Shown: one piece after another, positions 1-8,397 of the stretch
Layout: every line of letters starts with the position of its first letter
Position numbering within the stretch: position 1 is the first letter of the stretch
Sequence record: DRR723986_5306
Strand: one strand, 5' to 3'
DNA: 64,000 bases
Program-made: the position numbers and the translations under genes
The notes under the pieces: model-generated
Told to the model about the DNA's origin: nothing
Database searches by the model: none
Seen by the model: the letters and a program-made list of their open reading frames with translations, nothing else

Positions 1-1
1 C

Positions 2-427
2 GACCTGAAGGGCCGCTTCATCTACTACGTTGGCCCTGTTGACCCCGTGCGTGACGAAGTCGTTGGCCCCGCAGGCCCAACCACGGCAACGCGAATGGAT
101 AAGTTTACCCGTACCATGCTCGCCGAAACCGGATTAATGGGCATGATCGGTAAGTCCGAGCGCGGCGACGGTGCGATCGACGCCATCAAAGAGTTTGAGG
201 CGGTGTACCTGATGGCCACCGGTGGCGCGGCTTACTTGGTTGCCCAGGCGATTAAAAAGTCTGAAGTGGTGGCCTTTCCAGAATTGGGTATGGAAGCCAT
301 TTACGAGTTTACCGTTGAAGATATGCCTGTGACGGTCGCGGTAGACACCGCCGGCGACTCAGTGCATAAATCAGGCCCGCAAATTTGGAAAGCGAAGATC
401 GAAGCGGAAAATATCAACGTTAGCTAA
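2..427 (+). CDS. Class I (Fe-S) fumarate hydratase, C-terminal part (5' end outside window)
   Basis: Frame open from base 2: DLKGRFIYYVGPVDPVRDEVVGPAGPTTATRMDKF...GGAAYLV...LGMEAIYEF..DMPVTVAVD, typical of the class I fumarase C-terminal domain. Confidence 0.92.
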   Translation, partial: DLKGRFIYYVGPVDPVRDEVVGPAGPTTATRMDKFTRTMLAETGLMGMIGKSERGDGAIDAIKEFEAVYLMATGGAAYLVAQAIKKSEVVAFPELGMEAIYEFTVEDMPVTVAVDTAGDSVHKSGPQIWKAKIEAENINVS

Positions 428-431
428 GTTG

Positions 432-492
432 ACGGCAGCGCCGTGCCGGCTTTGGGCGACGCCCTGGCCGGTGCATTGGCACTGCCGTTTTT
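432..492 (+). terminator. Extended hairpin plus T-tract after fumarase (intrinsic terminator)
   Basis: ACGGCAG(432-438)/CTGCCGT(482-488) outer stem with nested GCC/GGC, GTGCCGGC/GCCGGTGC and GGGCG/CGCCC stems, followed by TTTTT. Confidence 0.6.
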
Positions 493-519
493 GTATCTGC
501 TTCACAGGTGGCGAACTGA

Positions 520-1959
520 GTGATGAGTGAGACCTTTTACTGGCACGATTACGAAACCTGGGGAACTCGCCCCGCCCTGGATCGCCCCTCGCAGTTTGCT
601 GGTGTGCGCACCGATGCTGAGCTGAACATTATCGGCGAACCGCTGGTGCAGTTTTGCCGCCCAACTCCCGATTACCTGCCCAATCCCGAGGCCTGCCTGG
701 TTACTGGGATTACCCCGCAACAAGCCCTGGAAGAGGGGCTCAGCGAGGCAGAATTTGTCGCCAACATCCACGCGGAATTGTCTCAGCCTGGCACCTGCAC
801 GGTGGGTTATAACAGCATCCGCTTCGATGATGAGGTGACTCGCTTTGCCCTGTATCGCAATTTCTACGACCCCTATGCCAGGGAGTGGCAAAACGGTAAC
901 TCTCGCTGGGACCTGATCGATGTCGTTCGGCTGTGCTACGCGCTGCGCCCCGACGGCATTGAGTGGCCCCGGCGCGAGGATGGCTCGCCCAGCTTCCGGC
1001 TGGAAGAGCTGACCGCGGCCAATGGCCTGAGTCACGAGTCGGCGCACGACGCACTCTCAGATGTACTAGCAACGATCGACTTGGCTCGCCTGATCCGTCA
1101 AGCCCAGCCCAATCTCTACGACTATGCCTTGAGTCTGCGGAACAAGCGCACAGTGGCGGCCATGCTCAACACCGACAGCCAAGTGCCGGTGTTGCATGTT
1201 TCCGGGCGCCTGCCCGCGGCGCGAGGCTGCTCGGCGTTGATGATGCCGCTGGCACCGCACCCGGTGAACAAGAACAGCGTGATCGTCTATGACTTAAGTG
1301 TTGACCCGAGCCCGCTGATTACGCTGGACAGTGACGAGGTTGCACGGCGAATTTTCAGTTCCAGTGACGAGCTGGGTGAGGACACGCCGCGTATTCCGCT
1401 CAAGGAAATTCACCTCAATCGCGCACCGATTGTTGCTACCCCTAAATTATTGGACGATGCCAGTGCACAGCGTTTGCAGATCGACTTAGATCAGTGCCGA
1501 CGGCACTGGTCGATGCTGCGCAAGGCCGAGGGGCTTAATGAAACCCTGGCATCGGTGTATGCCCAGCGTGAATTCAGTGAAAACCCCGACCCGGACACGC
1601 AGCTCTATGGCGGCGGCTTTTTTAGTGACGGTGATCGCCAGCAGATGGAGCGCCTGCGAAAAATGCTGCCGGAGGATCTTGCCGGGCAGCATTTTCAATT
1701 CAGCGACCGTCGCCTTCCAGAAATGCTGTGGCGCTATCGGGCGCGTAACTTCCCCGAAACCTTATCGGCGGCGGAGCGGCAGCGCTGGCTGGAATTCTGT
1801 CGGCAGCGGCTGCGCCAACCCGGAGAGCATCTGCACGGATTCGACAGCTTTCGCCAGCGGTTAGTGGAGTTGTCCGACTCCACCGATAACGACTTCCAGC
1901 AATTTGTACTGCAGGAGCTCAACGACTACGCCGATGCACTGGAGCAGGAGGGGCTTTGA
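520..1959 (+). CDS. sbcB: Exodeoxyribonuclease I
   Basis: TFYWHDYETWG..P..DRPSQFAG, GYNSIRFDDEVTR, HDALSDV DEDDh motifs; start GTG 520 or ATG 523. Confidence 0.96.
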   Translation: MMSETFYWHDYETWGTRPALDRPSQFAGVRTDAELNIIGEPLVQFCRPTPDYLPNPEACLVTGITPQQALEEGLSEAEFVANIHAELSQPGTCTVGYNSIRFDDEVTRFALYRNFYDPYAREWQNGNSRWDLIDVVRLCYALRPDGIEWPRREDGSPSFRLEELTAANGLSHESAHDALSDVLATIDLARLIRQAQPNLYDYALSLRNKRTVAAMLNTDSQVPVLHVSGRLPAARGCSALMMPLAPHPVNKNSVIVYDLSVDPSPLITLDSDEVARRIFSSSDELGEDTPRIPLKEIHLNRAPIVATPKLLDDASAQRLQIDLDQCRRHWSMLRKAEGLNETLASVYAQREFSENPDPDTQLYGGGFFSDGDRQQMERLRKMLPEDLAGQHFQFSDRRLPEMLWRYRARNFPETLSAAERQRWLEFCRQRLRQPGEHLHGFDSFRQRLVELSDSTDNDFQQFVLQELNDYADALEQEGL

Positions 1960-2267
1960 GTCAGTGGTGGGTGTATATGGTGCGCTGCCGCAGTGGCCGC
2001 TTGTATACCGGGATCACCACGGATACCGCGCGGCGTTTTCGCGAGCACTGCGGCGAAGGCGGCAAGGGCGCGCGATTCTTTCGCAGTGACCCCGCCGAGG
2101 CCATTGTCTACACCGAACCAGCGGAAAACCGTTCAGTGGCATCGCGCCGTGAAGCGGCGATAAAAAAATTACCGCGTAAACAAAAGTTAGCGTTGGTTGA
2201 TGCGGCGCTTTTACCTGCCGGGAATACGGGCAATAATGCGCGGCCAGAAGGAGAGGCTAATGGCTGA
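1956..2267 (+). CDS. GIY-YIG nuclease superfamily protein (YhbQ/UPF0213-like)
   Basis: WVYMVRC...LYTGITTD..RRF.EH..G.GA...A.RREAAIKKL; TTG start overlaps the sbcB stop. Confidence 0.88.
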   Translation: MSQWWVYMVRCRSGRLYTGITTDTARRFREHCGEGGKGARFFRSDPAEAIVYTEPAENRSVASRREAAIKKLPRKQKLALVDAALLPAGNTGNNARPEGEANG

Positions 2268-4068
2268 CCAACAACACAGTGAGCGCGGTACCGCAAAGCT
2301 AGGTGTATTACAGGCGATGCTTGGGTTTTTGAAGCCCTATCGCTGGCAGGTTATCGGTGCCAGCGTGGCTCTGATCTGCACGGCGGGGATCACGCTGTCC
2401 ATCGGGCAGGGGCTGCGTTTGTTGGTGGATAATGGTTTCTCCAGCAACGCCAGTGAAGCGGCGCTAAACCAGGCCTTGGTGCTGTTTTTCGCACTGGTAT
2501 TGCTGTTGGCGACCGGCACCTTTGTGCGTTTTTACTTGGTGTCCTGGATTGGCGAGCGCGTTAGTGCAGACCTGCGTAAAGCCGTGTTTGCCCATGTCGT
2601 CACCCTGCACCCCGGCTTTTTTGAAAGCCAGTTGAGTGGCGACATTCAATCCCGGATCACCACCGACACCAGCCTTCTGCAAACCGTGATTGGGTCCTCG
2701 GTGTCCATCGCCCTGCGCAACGCGCTGATGTTTGTCGGCGGTTTAATCTGGCTGTTCATCAGCAACCCGAAACTCACGGCATTGGTGATGCTGAGTGTGC
2801 CGCTGGTGATTGTGCCCATCCTGGTATTTGGCCGCCGTGTACGGCGGCTGTCGCGCAGCAGTCAGGACAAGATCGCCAGTGTCGGCAGCTTTGTGGGCGA
2901 GGCAGTTAAAAATATCAAGCTGCTGCAAGCGTTTAACCATCAAACGCTTGATCGCAAAGCCTTTGATGGCCATGTAGAGGTGGCCTTCGATGTTGCCATC
3001 GTGCGCATTAAGCAGCGCGCATGGTTGTCGACGGTGGTGATAGTGCTGGTGTTAGGCGCCGTTACCGGCATGCTTTGGGTGGGTGGACACGATGTCCTGG
3101 CCGGCCGAATCAGTGGCGGTGAACTGGCGGCGTTTATTTTCTACGCGGTGATGGTAGCTGCCTCCGTCGGTGCCATTTCCGAAGTCTATGGTGACTTACA
3201 GCGAGCGGCGGGAGCGACCGAGCGCCTGCTGGAATTGTTGGCGGCAGAGAACCGTATATTGCCGCCAGCAGTCCCGTCGCATTTACCGGTGCCGGTGCGT
3301 GGCGATATCGATTTTAGGTCGGTGAGCTTTGCCTATGCCTCGCGGCCGGAACACCCGGCAATAAGCAATGTTAGTTTGCAGGTGCCGGCAGGTAGCAGTT
3401 TGGCGCTGGTGGGCAGTTCCGGGGCTGGCAAGTCAACGTTGATTGATTTGTTGCTGCGTTTCTACGATGTAAGTGACGGGGCCATTTGCTTTGACGGCGT
3501 CGATATTCGCAATCTCGATCCGGACGAGTTACGTGCAAATATCGCGATGGTGCCGCAGCAGCCGGTGCTGTTCACTGGCTCGGTGGCCGACAATATTCGC
3601 TACGGCCGCCCAGATGCCAGCGATGCGGAGATAGTGTCCGCGGCTAAGGCAGCCTTTGCTCACGAATTTATTGAGCGTTTGCCCGAGGGCTATCAAAGTT
3701 TTGTGGGCGAAGGCGGGGTGCGGTTGTCGGGTGGTCAGCGTCAACGCGTCGCGATTGCCAGAGCAATATTGGCAGACCCTAAACTGCTGTTGCTCGACGA
3801 AGCGACCAGTGCCCTGGATGCAGAAAGTGAATATCAAGTGCAGCAGGCGCTGGAAAGGTTGATGGAAGGCCGCACGACGGTGGTGATTGCCCATCGCTTG
3901 GCAACCGTGATCAATGTCGATCGCATTGCGGTACTCGAGAATGGTGAGCTGGTTGCCAGTGGGCGTCACAGTGAACTTTTGGTGCAGTCACCCCTCTACG
4001 CCCGTTGGGCGAGCTTGCAATTTGACGACGCCAATAATCAGGCGGCTTCGGCTGCCAGTGAATCATAG
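2260..4068 (+). CDS. ABC exporter, fused permease/ATP-binding protein (MsbA-like family)
   Basis: N-terminal TM domain; Walker A GSSGAGKS, signature LSGGQRQR, Walker B LLLDEATSALD, H-loop IAHRL; AGGAGAGG RBS before ATG 2260. Confidence 0.9.
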   Translation: MADQQHSERGTAKLGVLQAMLGFLKPYRWQVIGASVALICTAGITLSIGQGLRLLVDNGFSSNASEAALNQALVLFFALVLLLATGTFVRFYLVSWIGERVSADLRKAVFAHVVTLHPGFFESQLSGDIQSRITTDTSLLQTVIGSSVSIALRNALMFVGGLIWLFISNPKLTALVMLSVPLVIVPILVFGRRVRRLSRSSQDKIASVGSFVGEAVKNIKLLQAFNHQTLDRKAFDGHVEVAFDVAIVRIKQRAWLSTVVIVLVLGAVTGMLWVGGHDVLAGRISGGELAAFIFYAVMVAASVGAISEVYGDLQRAAGATERLLELLAAENRILPPAVPSHLPVPVRGDIDFRSVSFAYASRPEHPAISNVSLQVPAGSSLALVGSSGAGKSTLIDLLLRFYDVSDGAICFDGVDIRNLDPDELRANIAMVPQQPVLFTGSVADNIRYGRPDASDAEIVSAAKAAFAHEFIERLPEGYQSFVGEGGVRLSGGQRQRVAIARAILADPKLLLLDEATSALDAESEYQVQQALERLMEGRTTVVIAHRLATVINVDRIAVLENGELVASGRHSELLVQSPLYARWASLQFDDANNQAASAASES

Positions 4069-4097
4069 CGGCCGGGCCGCAGTATAAAGGGAGAGCA

Positions 4098-5117
4098 GTG
4101 TTGAAATTTGCCGGTAGTCATATTCTCTCTATCAGTCAGTTTGAGCGCGAAGATATAGAGCGCGTGTTTGCGGTGGCTGATCGCATGGCGCCCTATGCGC
4201 ACCGCGAACGTATTACCAAGGTGCTCGATGGGGCAATTCTGGGGAATATGTTCTTTGAGCCATCCACACGAACGCGGGTGAGTTTTGGCTGCGCCTTTAA
4301 CTTACTCGGCGGTGAGGTGCGTGAAACCACGGGCTTTGAAAGCTCGGCCATTGCCAAAGGCGAATCGCTGTACGATACCGCGCGGGTACTCAGTGGTTAC
4401 AGCGACGTGATCGTCATGCGTCACCCGGCTTCGGGCTCGGTATCGGAGTTTGCGGCGGCCAGCCGCGTGCCGGTGATTAATGGCGGCGATGGCGCCAATG
4501 AGCACCCCAGCCAGGCGCTATTGGACCTGTACACTATTCGTAAAGAGTTGCTGCACCAAGGGCGCAGTGATCTAGATGGCTTGCGGATCGCGATGATTGG
4601 CGATCTGAAATACGGCCGAACGGTACACTCACTCTGCAAATTGCTGGGCTTGTATAACAATGTCCATATCGTGTTGATTTCGCCGGATGAACTGAAAATG
4701 CCCGGTGAAATTGTTGATGCCCTGCGCAGCGCTGGCCACACGGTGATTGAATCCGATGTGATGGAGGGCAGCCTTGCCAAGGTTGATATTGCTTACTCCA
4801 CTCGCATTCAGGAAGAGCGCTTTGCAAGCAAGGCTGAAGCCGATATGTATCGCGGCCGCTATCGTTTGAATCAGGCAATCTACACTCGCTACTGCGAACC
4901 CAATACGGTGATTATGCACCCGCTGCCCCGCGATTCGCGTCAAGAAGCCAACGAGCTGGACAACGACCTGAATGACAACCCTAACCTGGCAATCTTTCGT
5001 CAAGCGGACAATGGCGTGCTGGTGCGCATGGCATTGTTTGCGATGATCTTGGATGTCGTCGATCAAGTGGATAAATCGGCGCGGGATGTGAATTGGTACA
5101 CCGAAAGGCGCTTCTGA
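4098..5117 (+). CDS. pyrB: Aspartate carbamoyltransferase catalytic subunit
   Basis: FFEPSTRT, HPSQALLD, GDLKYGRTVHSL, RIQEER and HPLPR motifs. Confidence 0.95.
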   Translation: MLKFAGSHILSISQFEREDIERVFAVADRMAPYAHRERITKVLDGAILGNMFFEPSTRTRVSFGCAFNLLGGEVRETTGFESSAIAKGESLYDTARVLSGYSDVIVMRHPASGSVSEFAAASRVPVINGGDGANEHPSQALLDLYTIRKELLHQGRSDLDGLRIAMIGDLKYGRTVHSLCKLLGLYNNVHIVLISPDELKMPGEIVDALRSAGHTVIESDVMEGSLAKVDIAYSTRIQEERFASKAEADMYRGRYRLNQAIYTRYCEPNTVIMHPLPRDSRQEANELDNDLNDNPNLAIFRQADNGVLVRMALFAMILDVVDQVDKSARDVNWYTERRF

Positions 5118-5725
5118 TGAGCCGTTTTGGTCGCGACGATGTCGAGGTGCTGGAAAAACGCAGCGCCTGGAAAGGTTTCTTTGAAATTCGCCAGCTGCGC
5201 CTGCGCCACCGACTGTTTGCCGGCGGCTGGGGCAAGCCGCTTAATCGCGAGCTTTTCGTGCGCGGTGCGGCGGTCGGCATGCTCCCCTATGACCCCGAGC
5301 GCGATGAGGTGCTGTTTGTCGAGCAATTCCGTGTTGGTGCCCTCGACAGCGGCGATTCGCCCTGGTTGCAGGAACTCGTGGCGGGAATTATTGATACCGA
5401 TGAAGCGCCCGAACAGGTCGCGCGGCGCGAAGCGCACGAGGAAGCCGGGTTAACGGTATCTGAGCTGGAACCGATTGCGGAGTATTTTTCCTCGCCCGGC
5501 GGCAGCGATGAATATTTTTACCTGTACTGCGGCCGCTGCAATCTGGCGGATGCCGGCGGCCTTCATGGCTTGCCGGGCGAAGGTGAAGACATTCGCGCCA
5601 AGGTCTACAGTTTTGACCAGGCGATGCAAATGCTCGCCGACGGCGAGATTAATAACGCCCACAGCCTGATCGCCCTACTGTGGCTGCAGCGTCATCGCCA
5701 GCGCCTTCGTGAGGCCTGGCAATGA
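5117..5725 (+). CDS. nudF: ADP-ribose pyrophosphatase (Nudix)
   Basis: Nudix box AGIIDTDEAPEQVARREAHEEAG, EQFRVGA, SSPGGSDE, EGEDI; ATG 5117 overlaps the pyrB stop. Confidence 0.88.
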   Translation: MSRFGRDDVEVLEKRSAWKGFFEIRQLRLRHRLFAGGWGKPLNRELFVRGAAVGMLPYDPERDEVLFVEQFRVGALDSGDSPWLQELVAGIIDTDEAPEQVARREAHEEAGLTVSELEPIAEYFSSPGGSDEYFYLYCGRCNLADAGGLHGLPGEGEDIRAKVYSFDQAMQMLADGEINNAHSLIALLWLQRHRQRLREAWQ

Positions 5726-7311
5726 GTGAGACAGAGGCTCCTCGCGGCGGCGGACTATTGCGCTCCAGTCTGGTGGTGGGCGCCATGACGATGTTGTCGC
5801 GGGTGTTGGGGTTGGCGCGCGATGTGGTCATTGCCGTGGTGCTCGGCGCCAGCGCAAACGCCGATGCTTTCTTTGTCGCCTTTAAGATCCCCAATTTTCT
5901 ACGCCGCTTATTTGCCGAGGGCGCTTTTGCCCAGGCCTTTGTGCCCGTACTGTCGGAATATCGAGAGCAGCGTGACCACGCCGCTGTGCGAGACCTGCTC
6001 AATCGCGTGGTGGGCGCATTGGGTGGGGTGCTGTTGTGTATAACGATTCTCGCCGTGGTTGCTGCGCCGATGGTGGCGTCGATCTTTGCGCCGGGGTTTC
6101 GCGACGATCCGCTGAAGTTTCAGCTCACCACAGAGATGATTCGCATCACCTTTCCGTATTTGATGCTGATTTCACTGACTGGTTTTGCCGGGGCTGTTCT
6201 CAACAGTTACGGGCGCTTCGCGGTGCCCGCGTTTACGCCGGTGTTACTCAATGTCTGTTTGATTACCGCTGCCGTGGTGGCCGCGCCATACTTTGCCGAG
6301 CCCGCGATGGCGCTGGCCTGGGGTGTGCTGATGGCCGGTTGTGTGCAGTTGTTGTTCCAGCTGCCATTCTTGCAGCGCTTGCACCTGCTGCCAACACCGC
6401 AGTGGCGATGGGGCGATGAGGGCGTACAGCGCATTGTGCAGCTTATGCTGCCGGCAATGTTCGGTGTATCGGTTAGCCAGATAAACCTGCTGCTCGATAC
6501 TGTGCTGGCATCTTTTTTACCCACTGGCAGTATCTCCTGGCTGTATTACTCCGATCGCTTGGTAGAGCTGCCGCTCGGTGTGTTCGCCATTGCCATCGCG
6601 ACGGTGATCTTGCCCAAATTGTCTCGCCAGCGAGCCGGCGGCGACGAGCAGGCATTCTCACAGACCCTGGATTGGGCGCTGCGTGGTGTGTTGCTGATGG
6701 CGCTTCCTGCGGCGGCGGCGCTGTTGATTCTCGCCGAGCCAATACTGATTACGTTGTTTCAGTACGGTGAGTTGCAAAGCCGCGATGTCGCCATGGCCGC
6801 CCTGAGCCTGCGCGCGTACACGTTGGGCCTCATCGCCTTTATGTTGATCAAAGTATTAGCGCCCGGATTTTTTGCCTGCCAGGATACCAAAACACCGGTA
6901 AAAATCGGCATATACGCGATGGTGGCGAATATGGTGTTTAATATCGCCTTAGTCGTTCCCTTGCATTATTACCTTCAAATTGGCCACGTAGGGCTGGCCC
7001 TGGCCACCGCCATGTCGGCGTGGCTCAATGCCATGTTGCTGCTGCGTGGCTTGCTGGCGCGCCAGGTGTATCGCCCCGCGGCAGGCTGGCTGCGATACAC
7101 GCTACAGCTCTGTGTTCCCGTGGTGCTGATGTCGGCGTTGTTGCTGCTGTGCCGCGCGCAAATCAGCGATTGGTCGCTGTGGTCTGCCTGGCAGCGGGCG
7201 GCGGTGCTCGGCGGCGTTTGTGCAGCAGGCGGCGTGGCCTACCTGCTGGGTTTGCTGCTTATGGGGCTGCGGCCCGCACAGTTGCGCGGCGGCGCTAACC
7301 CGCCGACTTAA
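5722..7311 (+). CDS. murJ: Lipid II flippase MurJ (MviN)
   Basis: SRVLGLARD, FKIPNFLRRLFAEGAF, YYSDRLVELPLG; polytopic membrane protein upstream of ribF. Confidence 0.96.
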   Translation: MSETEAPRGGGLLRSSLVVGAMTMLSRVLGLARDVVIAVVLGASANADAFFVAFKIPNFLRRLFAEGAFAQAFVPVLSEYREQRDHAAVRDLLNRVVGALGGVLLCITILAVVAAPMVASIFAPGFRDDPLKFQLTTEMIRITFPYLMLISLTGFAGAVLNSYGRFAVPAFTPVLLNVCLITAAVVAAPYFAEPAMALAWGVLMAGCVQLLFQLPFLQRLHLLPTPQWRWGDEGVQRIVQLMLPAMFGVSVSQINLLLDTVLASFLPTGSISWLYYSDRLVELPLGVFAIAIATVILPKLSRQRAGGDEQAFSQTLDWALRGVLLMALPAAAALLILAEPILITLFQYGELQSRDVAMAALSLRAYTLGLIAFMLIKVLAPGFFACQDTKTPVKIGIYAMVANMVFNIALVVPLHYYLQIGHVGLALATAMSAWLNAMLLLRGLLARQVYRPAAGWLRYTLQLCVPVVLMSALLLLCRAQISDWSLWSAWQRAAVLGGVCAAGGVAYLLGLLLMGLRPAQLRGGANPPT

Positions 7312-7317
7312 GCGTTT

Positions 7318-7344
7318 TTGTCACGTGGCTGAGTAAGTTATAAT
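7318..7344 (+). promoter_or_regulatory. Putative sigma70 promoter of the ribF-ileS-lspA-fkpB-ispH operon
   Basis: Perfect TATAAT at 7339-7344; TTGTCA at 7318-7323 (spacer 15 nt, shorter than ideal). Confidence 0.45.
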
Positions 7345-7431
7345 CAGCCGCTTTATTACTGCTCGGCGCATTCACTGGCGACTTCGTCGCGGTGCTGACA
7401 GCGGGGCGTGCATATGGGGTCGGCCACAGGC

Positions 7432-8361
7432 ATGGAGTTAATCCGCGGATTTCACAATTTCCGCCCGCGTCATCGCGGTTGCGTTGCTACGATTGGCGCT
7501 TTTGACGGCGTTCATCGCGGTCACCAGGCGGTGCTGCGGCAGCTGATTGATAAGAGTCGTGAGTACGGCCTGCCCTCAACAGTGGTATTGTTCGAACCCC
7601 TGCCGCGAGAATTCCTGGCGCCGGATGCCGCGCCGCCACGGCTGATGTCATTTCGTGAAAAGTTTGAGGCGATTCGCGATCTGGGTATTGATCGTGTGGT
7701 TCGCATTCGCTTTAACAACGCGTTGCGCAATATGAGCGCAGACGAGTTTATAACCAGCCTGTTTGTTAAAAATCTGGGTGCGAAATACATCGTTGTTGGT
7801 GATGACCTGCGCTTTGGTCGCGACCGAAGCGGTGATTTCGACCTGTTGCGTAAGTACGGCGCTCGCGACGGCTTTGACGTGATGGACACCGCGACCCTAC
7901 TTCACGAAGGTGAGCGAGTAAGCAGTACGCGGATTCGCGAAGTGCTGGGGCAGGGCGACTTTGCCCTTGCTGAGCATCTGTTGGGCCGCCCTTATAGTAT
8001 TGCCGGGCGGGTGATTGTCGGTCAGCAACTTGGTCGTACCATTGGTGCGCCGACGGCGAATATCCAATTGCGCCGCCTGCGCTCGCCGCTGTCAGGCGTG
8101 TTTGCCGTGCAAGTTGCAGGCGTGTCGGATTCTCTGCTGCCGGCGGTTGCTAACGTTGGAGTTCGCCCAACGGTTGGCGATTTGAGCAAGGCCATACTCG
8201 AAGTGCATTTATTGGATTTTGAAGGCGATCTGTATCGCCGCAATATCCGCGTGTTGTTTAGAGAAAAGCTGCGCAACGAAATTAAATTTGATGGTATCGA
8301 CGCCTTGAGCGAGCAAATTTCTCGTGACATCGCGCAGGCGCGACGATTCTTCTCCCTTTAA
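7432..8361 (+). CDS. ribF: Bifunctional riboflavin kinase/FAD synthetase
   Basis: TIGAFDGVHRGH, GDDLRFG, VSSTRIR, GRTIGAPTAN, NVGVRPTV, LEVHLLDF. Confidence 0.96.
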   Translation: MELIRGFHNFRPRHRGCVATIGAFDGVHRGHQAVLRQLIDKSREYGLPSTVVLFEPLPREFLAPDAAPPRLMSFREKFEAIRDLGIDRVVRIRFNNALRNMSADEFITSLFVKNLGAKYIVVGDDLRFGRDRSGDFDLLRKYGARDGFDVMDTATLLHEGERVSSTRIREVLGQGDFALAEHLLGRPYSIAGRVIVGQQLGRTIGAPTANIQLRRLRSPLSGVFAVQVAGVSDSLLPAVANVGVRPTVGDLSKAILEVHLLDFEGDLYRRNIRVLFREKLRNEIKFDGIDALSEQISRDIAQARRFFSL

Positions 8362-8397
8362 CTGTTCCCTATTGCCGGGCCTTTAAGACTAGCTTTT

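Noticed and set aside
2260-4068. Calling the ABC exporter msbA
   Set aside because: No lpxK or kdsB context; only family-level similarity is supportable
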